From Spirochaetia bacterium (lineage in GTDB: Bacteria > Spirochaetota > Spirochaetia > SP-2023), in assembly GCA_965263295.1 (NCBI GenBank), contig OZ253665.1, positions 2,304,001 through 2,368,000 of the forward strand: a DNA stretch of 64,000 nucleotides. Reading direction: 5' to 3'. Made by a program: the position numbers and the translations under genes. Below, one piece after another: positions 38,751 to 47,035 of this stretch. Under the pieces are notes generated by a model. That model was not told where the DNA came from, did not search any database, and saw only the letters and a list, made by a program, of their open reading frames with translations. Each line of letters opens with the position of its first letter. The stretch's first letter is position 1.

Positions 38751-40289
38751 TCAGCATCTATTTTTTAAGACATCGCGCACGCGCTCGCCAGTCGCCATGC
38801 GCAACACACTTTCCTGGCTGGCATAGGCGCGAGGTAATGCCCCAGAGGACTTGCCGTCGTGCAAGACTAGAATCCGGTCACTCATTGAAAGGAGTTCCAG
38901 CATGTCGGAAGAAACCATAATGATCGACTTCCCCTCGCTAACGAGTTCTTCCATGATGCTATAGATTTCATGTTTGGCCCCGACATCAATGCCTTTGGTC
39001 GGCTCGTCCATAATCAAAATGGCGGGGTCGAGGAGTAACCAGCGGGCAATCAGGGCTTTTTGCTGGTTGCCGCCGGACAGATTGTTCATTATTGTGCCCA
39101 AATTCGGAGTTTTTATGCGTAGAGATTTACAAAATTTGGTGGCTTGGCGTTTTATCTCGCGAAAATTTAACAAGTGACTGCCTTTCTTTATAAACTTATT
39201 TAAATCTGGCAGTGCAATATTGTCGCTTACACTCATATTGAGAAAACAGCCGGTGAGTTTGCGATCTTCGGTAATAATGCCTATACCGGCTTGTATGGCT
39301 TCAATCGGATTCTGGAACGGGGCTCGTTCCTTGCCATTAATCGTAATTGTGCCTTGGTCTGCCGGCACATAGCCAAATATGGCTTCCATGACTTCGCTGC
39401 GGCCCGCTCCCATTAAACCGGCGACACCTAAAATTTCACCCTTGCGCAACTGGAAGCTGATATCATTAAATCTGTCCTTGCGGCAAAGGTTCTTGACTTG
39501 AAAGGTCACTTCTTTTTGTGGTTCCGTGGTCTTGTTAAAGAAATCTTTGACTTCTCGCCCGACCATCATGCGTATCATTTCCTCTTTTGTGATGTTTGCG
39601 ACGTCGCGCGTACCCACGACTTCGCCATCGCGAAACACAGTGACTTCGTCGGCAATGTTAAAAATCTCATCGAGCTTGTGAGAAATATATATAAAAGAGA
39701 CACCACGTTTATTTACTGTTTTTACAATGCGATACAAGCGCTCGACCTCGGCTTCGGTCAGTGCCGTGGTCGGTTCGTCCAGGATGATCAGTTTGGCGTT
39801 GTAAGTCACAGCTGTCGCGAGGGAGAGCAACTGGGCCTGTGCCACTGAGACTTCACTCATGTTGACAGCGGCATTTTCGGCCATTTCGGGAATGCCTAGT
39901 TCTTGGAGTATGCGCCGGGTTGTCAAGCGCATGTTTTTCTTGTCGAGAAAAATACCGTGACTCAAAAACTCGCGGCCCAAGTACAAGTTTGCGGTCATGG
40001 TAATGTTGGGCACCGGGCTGACTTCCTGCGGAACAATTGCCACGCCGCGTTTTAGTGCGTCTAAAGGACTTTGCGGTCGGTAGGCCCGGCCATCCAGGAG
40101 CATGGTGCCACCGGGATCCGGGTTGTAGATACCGTACAGAGTCTTGACTAGTGTCGATTTTCCGGCCCCATTTTCCCCCATCAGGGCATGAACTGAACCT
40201 TTCTTCACTGTGAAGTCGATATTTTGTAAGGCCAATACGCCGGGGAAAGTCTTGGAGACATTTTTTATTTCAAGAACATTGTCAGACAT
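38751..40289 (-). CDS. Inositol/sugar ABC ATPase (two NBDs)
   Basis: [35 protein letters not shown]; start placed at MSDNVL. Confidence 0.93.
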   Translation of the reverse strand: MSDNVLEIKNVSKTFPGVLALQNIDFTVKKGSVHALMGENGAGKSTLVKTLYGIYNPDPGGTMLLDGRAYRPQSPLDALKRGVAIVPQEVSPVPNITMTANLYLGREFLSHGIFLDKKNMRLTTRRILQELGIPEMAENAAVNMSEVSVAQAQLLSLATAVTYNAKLIILDEPTTALTEAEVERLYRIVKTVNKRGVSFIYISHKLDEIFNIADEVTVFRDGEVVGTRDVANITKEEMIRMMVGREVKDFFNKTTEPQKEVTFQVKNLCRKDRFNDISFQLRKGEILGVAGLMGAGRSEVMEAIFGYVPADQGTITINGKERAPFQNPIEAIQAGIGIITEDRKLTGCFLNMSVSDNIALPDLNKFIKKGSHLLNFREIKRQATKFCKSLRIKTPNLGTIMNNLSGGNQQKALIARWLLLDPAILIMDEPTKGIDVGAKHEIYSIMEELVSEGKSIIMVSSDMLELLSMSDRILVLHDGKSSGALPRAYASQESVLRMATGERVRDVLKNRC

Positions 40290-40386
40290 ATTGTTTCTCT
40301 TTGTCACAAGGACGAACAGCCAAATGAGCTTCGGTCCAGGGCGATCGCGGGCCGGCAACTTTGCTTTGAGGTCAGATATGCAAAGA

Positions 40387-40428
40387 GGGGCAATCGGAGA
40401 GTCGGGACTCCAGTTCGCCGATTGCTCC
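40387..40428 (-). promoter_or_regulatory. Hairpin between binding-protein and ATPase genes
   Basis: GGGGCAATCGG ... CCGATTGCTCC with inner GAGTC/GACTC. Confidence 0.5.
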
Positions 40429-40467
40429 AAATTTTATCTAATTTTACCCAAGCTTCTCTAGGCGCTA

Positions 40468-41430
40468 TTAATCCTGTTTATAGTCGGAAGCATTTTCCTC
40501 GGTAACTAGCTCAAATGGAACCCAAATCCTCGCTTCTGCCTTCTCGCCTTTGGCCCATTTGTAAGCGGCTTCGGCCGCGCCGCGGCCTTGGGCCACCGCA
40601 TTTTGAAAGACCGAAAAGTCCAGACCTTGACCCAAATATTCTAAGGCATCTGGCGTTGCGTCGATACCGCCAATGATTATGTCATCATCACCCTTTCCCG
40701 CTTTCTGTGCGGCCAAAACAGCGCCAATAGCCATTTCGTCATTGTTGGCCAAAATTACGTTCATATCTGGATGAGCCTGAAACCAGTCCTGGGCTACAGC
40801 GAGTCCCTTGGCGCGATCCCATTGGCCTGTCTGTTGGGCAATTATTGTCAAGTTGGGATATTTTTGGTTGATGGTTTCTTCAATGCCTTTAGTTCGGCCA
40901 ATTTGCGCCGCCTGTCCGATTGGTCCCATCAGAATGCCAATTTTTCCCGCGGCTCCACCGAGCAACTCGGCCGTTTGATCGGCCTGGATGATACCGGCAT
41001 CTTCTTCGCGAGAACCGACATAGGTATTCACATATTGCATGCTTTCATCCGTGCCCAGACGATTTGCCAGGACCAGTGGAATTCCGGCTTTTTGGGTCTT
41101 CTGTCCGATGACCAGTACGATGTCCGGGTCGGTAGGGATTAATAATAAAGCATTGACGCCCTCTACAATAAAGTTGTCTACGTCGTTGAGTTGGCGTTTG
41201 GGATCAAGGTTGGCATCCGTCAGCTTAAAGATGACATCTGAATGTTCGGCGTCAAAGGCGCGAATCGCATCGTATAAATATGTCTGCCATTTATCCGCAA
41301 AAGAATGGGTTGGAACTCCAATGATATATTGACTCCCTCCCGCGTCGCCCGCCGCGCTTAAATTCGTGCTGGCAGTGATTCCAATTAATATTGCCAGCAA
41401 AATCCCTGACAACTTTGATTTTTTGTTCAT
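40468..41430 (-). CDS. Inositol/sugar ABC substrate-binding protein
   Basis: Signal peptide, YVGS, WDRAKG, ANNDEMAIGA, GGIDATPDAL, VFQNA, WVPFELVT; RBS GGAGG. Confidence 0.9.
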   Translation of the reverse strand: MNKKSKLSGILLAILIGITASTNLSAAGDAGGSQYIIGVPTHSFADKWQTYLYDAIRAFDAEHSDVIFKLTDANLDPKRQLNDVDNFIVEGVNALLLIPTDPDIVLVIGQKTQKAGIPLVLANRLGTDESMQYVNTYVGSREEDAGIIQADQTAELLGGAAGKIGILMGPIGQAAQIGRTKGIEETINQKYPNLTIIAQQTGQWDRAKGLAVAQDWFQAHPDMNVILANNDEMAIGAVLAAQKAGKGDDDIIIGGIDATPDALEYLGQGLDFSVFQNAVAQGRGAAEAAYKWAKGEKAEARIWVPFELVTEENASDYKQD

Positions 41431-41523
41431 ATCAACCTCCACATGAACTCCAGATGAGCCATTAATAAAGCTTACCAACGTATAAAACTATCATTGAGCT
41501 GGTACAAATGTCTTATATTTAAG

Positions 41524-41552
41524 ATTAAAACACGAAATATTTCGATTGTCAA
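41524..41552 (-). promoter_or_regulatory. Sigma70-type promoter of the inositol uptake operon
   Basis: Minus strand TTGACA-17 nt-TTTAAT. Confidence 0.65.
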
Positions 41553-41750
41553 ATACTTTTTTGAAATTTTACTATTAATTTACTGAAAATAATTTATTAT
41601 TATACTTCACCCTTGCTTAAGAGATATTCATCGGACTTAAAGGGCAAATTTGCAATAATCTTATCTCAAATAGAAATTGAACTGTTAGTATGTTAAATTG
41701 CAGATACAATTATTGCTATATTAAATACTGGGTAAAGATAGCTACAAATA

Positions 41751-42494
41751 ATGAAAAATCGGGCAGACAAACGCAATGTAACCCTGGCTGAACAGGTCTT
41801 GAATCAGATAATTCGCCGCCTGGCGGCTCAGGCGTTACCTCTGGGAAGTAAATTACCTACAGAAAAAGAGATATCAGAAGAGCTCAACGTCGGGCGTTCG
41901 AGTGTCCGCGAGGCAATTAAGACTTTGAATGCTCTGGGCTTAGTGCGCTCAACTGCCGGCTCAGGTTCTTACCTGGAGCAGACCAATGTATATGGTAAAC
42001 TGGCTTTATTTGCTTCTTTATTAAACGGGCAGGATCGCCAGGAGATGATTGATCTCAGGGCGAGTATTGAGCTCTATGCTCTGCTGCAATTTCACAGGGA
42101 TTTACATCGCGATCACAGCACGTTTTCCCAAGAATATATTCAGAATATAGAGAAAACTCTGGGGGAATTGACCCAGACCGTGAAATCCATGTTTGAGTCG
42201 GCGTCAAAAGCTGATTTTGCGGCCTTGGAACGAGAAGATTTTCAGTTTCACCAGTGTATTTTGTATTACCCGCAGAATGGCTTGATTATAGACTTGTTCC
42301 ACAATTTGGAGCAATTTATGCATGAGGAGATCAAGGAATCTTACTATAAAGTTCCAGCCAAAGAAGTTGCACGTAATCACCAGAGTTTGTTGGAGGCCAT
42401 TAAAAATCCCAATCTGGGCGACTTGATTCGCAATTTTGAGTTTCACATGAATGACACGAAGAATAAAGTTATGCGCGCCAGTCATAATCATTAG
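41751..42494 (+). CDS. GntR/FadR-family transcriptional regulator, divergent from the iol operon
   Basis: wHTH KLPTEKEISEELNVGRSSVREAIKTL; FCD domain with DFQFH. Confidence 0.93.
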   Translation: MKNRADKRNVTLAEQVLNQIIRRLAAQALPLGSKLPTEKEISEELNVGRSSVREAIKTLNALGLVRSTAGSGSYLEQTNVYGKLALFASLLNGQDRQEMIDLRASIELYALLQFHRDLHRDHSTFSQEYIQNIEKTLGELTQTVKSMFESASKADFAALEREDFQFHQCILYYPQNGLIIDLFHNLEQFMHEEIKESYYKVPAKEVARNHQSLLEAIKNPNLGDLIRNFEFHMNDTKNKVMRASHNH

Positions 42495-42565
42495 CCCTGT
42501 ATGTATGGTTTTGTCGCTACTGCCTTGATATTTGAGACTGTTTTTGAGGAGTACTTACACGCATT

Positions 42566-43690
42566 TTAAGTCATTCGCCTTACGACGCGGAGCCTGGCGC
42601 TGCGTTCTGAGGCCAGCGGGCTGTCATAAGGGGCCTGTATGGCTTTTTTGTAAATCCATTGCACTCGCCCCTCTCCTCGCCAGGCGCGAAACATTTGCTT
42701 GACCAAGCGGTCTTCCAGCGAGTGAAAAGTTATTACGGCTAGCAGGCCGTAGGGGCGCAGTTGTTCTAGGGCTGCTGGCAAGCCATTTTCAAGTTGGCCC
42801 AATTCGTCGTTCACGGCGATGCGCAGGGCCTGGAATACTTGAGTCGCGGGATGGATTTTACTTTTGTTGCGCTCCTTGGCCGGAGTGATTTGCCACAGTA
42901 AGTCAGCCAAGACTTGGGCTTTCTGTAGCTCTAGCTCAGTGCGTTTTTTGACAATAATCCTCGCCAGGCGCCGGGAATTGTGCAGCTCGGCGTAGCGCCA
43001 AAAAATATCTGCCAATTCAGTTTCGTTTAAGTCTTGGACTAGATCTGCGGCGCTAGCGCCGCCAGAGTCTGGGGCCAGGCGCATATCCAGAATTTCATCC
43101 GGGTTTTCTGGCCGAAAGCTGAAACCGCGTGCGGCTTCAGCGCCATAATGAAACAATGAAATACCTAGATCAAAAAAAATTAGGTCTGCTTGCGGCCCGG
43201 TTTGCGTTTGGTCGCCCTGCAGAGCGCGTGACGAGGCGGAGGGCGCAGCGGAACTAAAGTAGTCGAGAAAGCGCTGGCGGAAGAACTGGCAGCGCTGGCG
43301 GCATTGTTCCTCTCCCAATGCTGCAGATAAAAAATAACGGGCGCGCTCCAACATTTGCGCGTCGGCGTCAATGCCGAATAAATGGGCCTGGGGCTGTTGA
43401 GACAGCAGCAGGCGGGCATGGCCCGCTTCTCCTAGAGTCGCGTCGACGTAAAGCAGGCGAGACGAGGCATTTTGGGCGAGATCGGGGCGTATGGGTGGGT
43501 ATTTGCTCTTTAGGTGGCTTTGGCCTCTTGATTTTTGTAAGGGTTTCTGGTCGCGTTCGGGGTGGAAATAGGCTTGCCAGAGGGCCGCGACATCATTGGC
43601 CAGCACAGGCTGGTGTACTTTTGCCGGTTGTGCCACACTCTTTGGGGCCTGTTGCTTCACAGGGGTATGCCTTGAAGCAACAGTTCGCAA
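42566..43690 (-). CDS. rsmH: 16S rRNA m4C1402 methyltransferase
   Basis: HQPVL, VDATLGEAGHA, DLGISLF, RGFSF, LDMR, HPATQVFQALRIAVNDEL, ITFHSLEDRLVK, RSARLR; start uncertain. Confidence 0.93.
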   Translation of the reverse strand: MRTVASRHTPVKQQAPKSVAQPAKVHQPVLANDVAALWQAYFHPERDQKPLQKSRGQSHLKSKYPPIRPDLAQNASSRLLYVDATLGEAGHARLLLSQQPQAHLFGIDADAQMLERARYFLSAALGEEQCRQRCQFFRQRFLDYFSSAAPSASSRALQGDQTQTGPQADLIFFDLGISLFHYGAEAARGFSFRPENPDEILDMRLAPDSGGASAADLVQDLNETELADIFWRYAELHNSRRLARIIVKKRTELELQKAQVLADLLWQITPAKERNKSKIHPATQVFQALRIAVNDELGQLENGLPAALEQLRPYGLLAVITFHSLEDRLVKQMFRAWRGEGRVQWIYKKAIQAPYDSPLASERSARLRVVRRMT

Positions 43691-45189
43691 TCTTCATTGG
43701 CCACAACAGGCCGGATTTGTCGACTATCCGCACTGGCATCGGGCAGAATGTCTGGGGTATTTTGTCTGTCGGGCGCTTGTAGGCGCACGCTCAGTAGCTT
43801 GCCGGCAAACATGGTCTCGCCTGCTGTGACGCGAGTGCGTATATAATTTTCGCTATAACCCAGCCAATAGTCGCCGCACTGTTCTTCGAGCAGTACCTGG
43901 GCTTCTTGGCCCAGGCAGCGCTGCAGGTAATTCTGCCGCAATTCTACGGCCAGCGTTTGCAGGCGCTGCATCCGCTGTTTGACAATGCTATCTTGCAGTT
44001 TAGGCATGGCAAACGCATCGGTGCCGGGGCGCGGTGAGTAGCTAAATCCATGGACGGCGGCAAACTCTTTAGCGCAAAGCAGCTGGCAGGTGGCCTCAAA
44101 GTCTTCCTCGCGTTCCCCAGGGAAACCCACAATCACATCGCAAGAGAAAAAAGCTTGGGGGCGCAGTGCTTTGAGCTTGTCGATGTAGTGCAACTGTTGG
44201 GCGGCGGTGTAGCCTCGCCGCATCTGGCGCAGGATGTGCTCTGAGCCAGACTGCAGGGAAATGTGGAAGTGCGGGCAGATGCGCAGCGAGGATAGTGCAC
44301 GCAGTAATTGTTGGCTGCGCTCGCTCCCCAGTCCCTCCGGCTCAAGGGAGGAAAGCCGCAGGCGAATATTGTGGGTTTGGCGCAGTAATTCTTGCAACAG
44401 CTCTCCCAAAAAGTATGTGCGGCCGGAAGCCTCATCGCAATAATAATAAGAGTTTATGTGCACCCCTGTAATGACCGCTTCGGCGTAACCGTTGGCTTCT
44501 AATTGCTGCAATTGCTCTACCAGCAGTGGCAGCTGGAGCGAGCGCGAGGGCCCGCGCGCAATGCGGATGCGACAGAAACTACAGCTGCGATTGCAGCCAT
44601 CTTGAATTTTTAGAAAGTATCGCTGCCGTTGCTTTGTTGCTTTTGGGGCCGGAATTTTACTGGCATTGTGGCTGAGTTCTAGGGTTGCCGGTGCCGGCAG
44701 GACAGGGCGCGCCGGGCTGGTTTTGCCACGCAGCAAAGCGTCGGGGAAGTCTGTCTGGCGGGCGACACCGGCTTGAAGCCGGCGGCCGCCAGCTTCCATT
44801 TGGCTGCGGATACCACGGCGCATCAACTCCAACAGTTCGTCGCTACTGGCTACGGGGTTGGCCGCCAGCAGTTGGCAGAGCCCTGCCGGCTGATCGGGGA
44901 GGGCGCACACACGCTCGCCCAAAGACTCCAGTTTTTCGCGCTCAAGTATTGCGTAACAGCCCGCAGCTAGTATTGCGGCCCGGGGCCAGAGCTGCTGCAA
45001 TTGGCGAATTAAACGCCGGGCCTTCTGTTCGCCTTTTGTCGTGACCGTACAGGTATTGAGCAGATAAAGGTCGGCGCCAGCCTCCCATGGCACTACCTCG
45101 TAACCGGATCGGCTGAGTATGGCCAGCGCAGACTCGGTTTCACTTTGATTCAATTTGCAACCAAAGGTGTAGGAACTGACTCGCAACAT
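43657..45189 (-). CDS. mtaB: tRNA methylthiotransferase, MtaB-like radical SAM
   Basis: TFGCKLNQSET, NTCTVT, FLKIQDGCNRSCSFC, RLRLSSLEP, HFHISLQSG, IVGFPGE, YSPRPGT, TRAM-like tail. Confidence 0.85.
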   Translation of the reverse strand: MLRVSSYTFGCKLNQSETESALAILSRSGYEVVPWEAGADLYLLNTCTVTTKGEQKARRLIRQLQQLWPRAAILAAGCYAILEREKLESLGERVCALPDQPAGLCQLLAANPVASSDELLELMRRGIRSQMEAGGRRLQAGVARQTDFPDALLRGKTSPARPVLPAPATLELSHNASKIPAPKATKQRQRYFLKIQDGCNRSCSFCRIRIARGPSRSLQLPLLVEQLQQLEANGYAEAVITGVHINSYYYCDEASGRTYFLGELLQELLRQTHNIRLRLSSLEPEGLGSERSQQLLRALSSLRICPHFHISLQSGSEHILRQMRRGYTAAQQLHYIDKLKALRPQAFFSCDVIVGFPGEREEDFEATCQLLCAKEFAAVHGFSYSPRPGTDAFAMPKLQDSIVKQRMQRLQTLAVELRQNYLQRCLGQEAQVLLEEQCGDYWLGYSENYIRTRVTAGETMFAGKLLSVRLQAPDRQNTPDILPDASADSRQIRPVVANEDCELLLQGIPL

Positions 45190-45202
45190 TTCTTTCCAGC
45201 TT

Positions 45203-45571
45203 TTAGCTGAGATCCCTGAGCCTGCTGCTCATAATACTGCGGCCCTCAAAGAAGCTCCCAGGTTCAATATTTAGGTTCGGAGTGCTAATATCTCCGGTGA
45301 TGCGGGCACTGTGCTCAATTTTGACATCTTGTGAACAGTAAATGTTGCCAATGATACTACCTTGAATCTGCAGGCGGCTGGCCTGGATGTTGCCGCGAAT
45401 CTTGGCATTTTTATCGACGATGATTTCGGCTTCGGATTCCAGCGAACCTTGTATTCTACCCTTGATAAGGGCATTTTTGGGGAAGTGGATCTCGCCTTTG
45501 ATTATCACATCTTTTTGTAATAAGCTAGAAAATTTTTTTTCGTCAATTTTTTTGGCGTGTATCTCTGCCAT
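45203..45571 (-). CDS. Bactofilin (polymer-forming cytoskeletal protein)
   Basis: Beta-helix repeats IKGEI, IRGNI, IQGSIIGNI, ARITGDI, IEPGSFFEG; ATG 45571 behind AAGGA. Confidence 0.88.
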   Translation of the reverse strand: MAEIHAKKIDEKKFSSLLQKDVIIKGEIHFPKNALIKGRIQGSLESEAEIIVDKNAKIRGNIQASRLQIQGSIIGNIYCSQDVKIEHSARITGDISTPNLNIEPGSFFEGRSIMSSRLRDLS

Positions 45572-46418
45572 GATTTGTTCCTTCCAGGGCCATATAAATA
45601 ATTTCGAGCGCTTTTTGCAGTTCGCGGCGCATTGCAGGAGTATAACTATTTTGCCTTTGAAGGTCGATAAACAATTGCCAGGTGTCGTGGCATGTTTGTT
45701 CGCGCAGTTGACACAAAACTTGATAACCAGTCGTGGCCATCGCGCTTTCACGGACATCCAGGATCTGTAGCACGCGGCCCAGCAAGTGCGTCAAACCTTG
45801 GGTGTGTGCGGCCTCTCGGTCGTGCTGCTCCGCGCTCAGGATTATGACGGTCAATCCCATACGGGCAAAGCGCTGTTCCCAGAGCTCAACTTCGGCAGCC
45901 TCAATTTCGTCGGGGCAAAGGACCAATCGCAGATTCGCGCGGGCATGGCCATCGTTGACAGGAGAATTCGGTCCGGCGCCTATTGAATCCGGACCAAACA
46001 TGGGGTGTAAGCCCAATAAACGGAAAGCTGAATTAGATTTTGTCGCGCTGTTGGCATGTATTTTGCGGCAGGTGTCACGCAGCCATGCCATTGGCCTGAC
46101 TTTGACCGAGCAGGTATCCATTAGCCATAAAGTTGGGGCTTCGTGTCGCAAATAGAGCCGGAGCCTTGCGCACAGGGCAGAGTTCAGTTCCGTCAATGCA
46201 TCTTGCAGAGAAGAAATAGGCACGCAGAAAAACAGGACGTCACAGCCCTGAAGAGCTTGGTGTAAAGCCTCCCGGTTTGCGAGGCGCTGGACCCCTGAGG
46301 GCAGGGTATCGCCATTAAAGCCGCCGTTTGGATCATAGGCTCGCACCTGTCCCAGCCGGGCCATGCAACTGGACCACAGACGGCCAAAGCGCCCCAGTCC
46401 CAAGACCACAATATCCAA
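45543..46418 (-). CDS. tyrA: Prephenate/arogenate dehydrogenase family protein
   Basis: GLGRFG, DTCSVK, HPMFGPDS, EQHDREAAHTQGLTH. Confidence 0.8.
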   Translation of the reverse strand: MDIVVLGLGRFGRLWSSCMARLGQVRAYDPNGGFNGDTLPSGVQRLANREALHQALQGCDVLFFCVPISSLQDALTELNSALCARLRLYLRHEAPTLWLMDTCSVKVRPMAWLRDTCRKIHANSATKSNSAFRLLGLHPMFGPDSIGAGPNSPVNDGHARANLRLVLCPDEIEAAEVELWEQRFARMGLTVIILSAEQHDREAAHTQGLTHLLGRVLQILDVRESAMATTGYQVLCQLREQTCHDTWQLFIDLQRQNSYTPAMRRELQKALEIIYMALEGTNHGRDTRQKN

Positions 46419-46427
46419 GGTCGCACC

Positions 46428-46964
46428 TTAGTCACTCAGACGCTTTTTCAGGAGCTGAATGACTTCTTCTGTGATATCAATGGAGGCATGAAACCAGATT
46501 ATATTTTGCGTGTTCACATCCAGGATTATCGAGTACCCCTGCTCGCGGGCTACCTGACTGAGAATATCTGCAAGTATCTGCTGCATTTCACTGTTGCGAT
46601 GGCCATTAGCCGCCTTCTTCTGCAGCACCTCAATCTCTTCGTTTTTACTCTCCACATATTTACGTCCATAGTCTCGCTGTTTGGAAATCTCGTTTTGCAA
46701 TTGGCGGATCTGGCTTTCATCACCTTTGGACTCAGCTGCGGTGAGATCCTCCTGCAGTTGCATGACCTGATCTTTTAGGCGAGCCATTTCCTCGGCAACT
46801 TTGGCTTTTAAGTCCTTAATTAGCTGTAAATCACGGCTTTGCTGCGGAAATTCAAGTAGAACCTTATTGTAGTCAAGCAGGGCTACACGTGTAATTTCCT
46901 GGGCCTGTATTTGCGGTATAAAAAGAAGCGTGGCAAATAACACGAGAGGGCTATATCGCAACAT
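46428..46964 (-). CDS. skp: OmpH/Skp periplasmic chaperone
   Basis: Signal peptide, ITRVALLD, coiled coil, VAREQGYSIILD, DITEEVI; follows bamA. Confidence 0.88.
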   Translation of the reverse strand: MLRYSPLVLFATLLFIPQIQAQEITRVALLDYNKVLLEFPQQSRDLQLIKDLKAKVAEEMARLKDQVMQLQEDLTAAESKGDESQIRQLQNEISKQRDYGRKYVESKNEEIEVLQKKAANGHRNSEMQQILADILSQVAREQGYSIILDVNTQNIIWFHASIDITEEVIQLLKKRLSD

Positions 46965-47035
46965 GTCAAACTCCTGGTTGCTATTCTAAGATTTTTTCGG
47001 GTTTTAATCAATCTGCAGAGCTCAAAGGACTTGGG

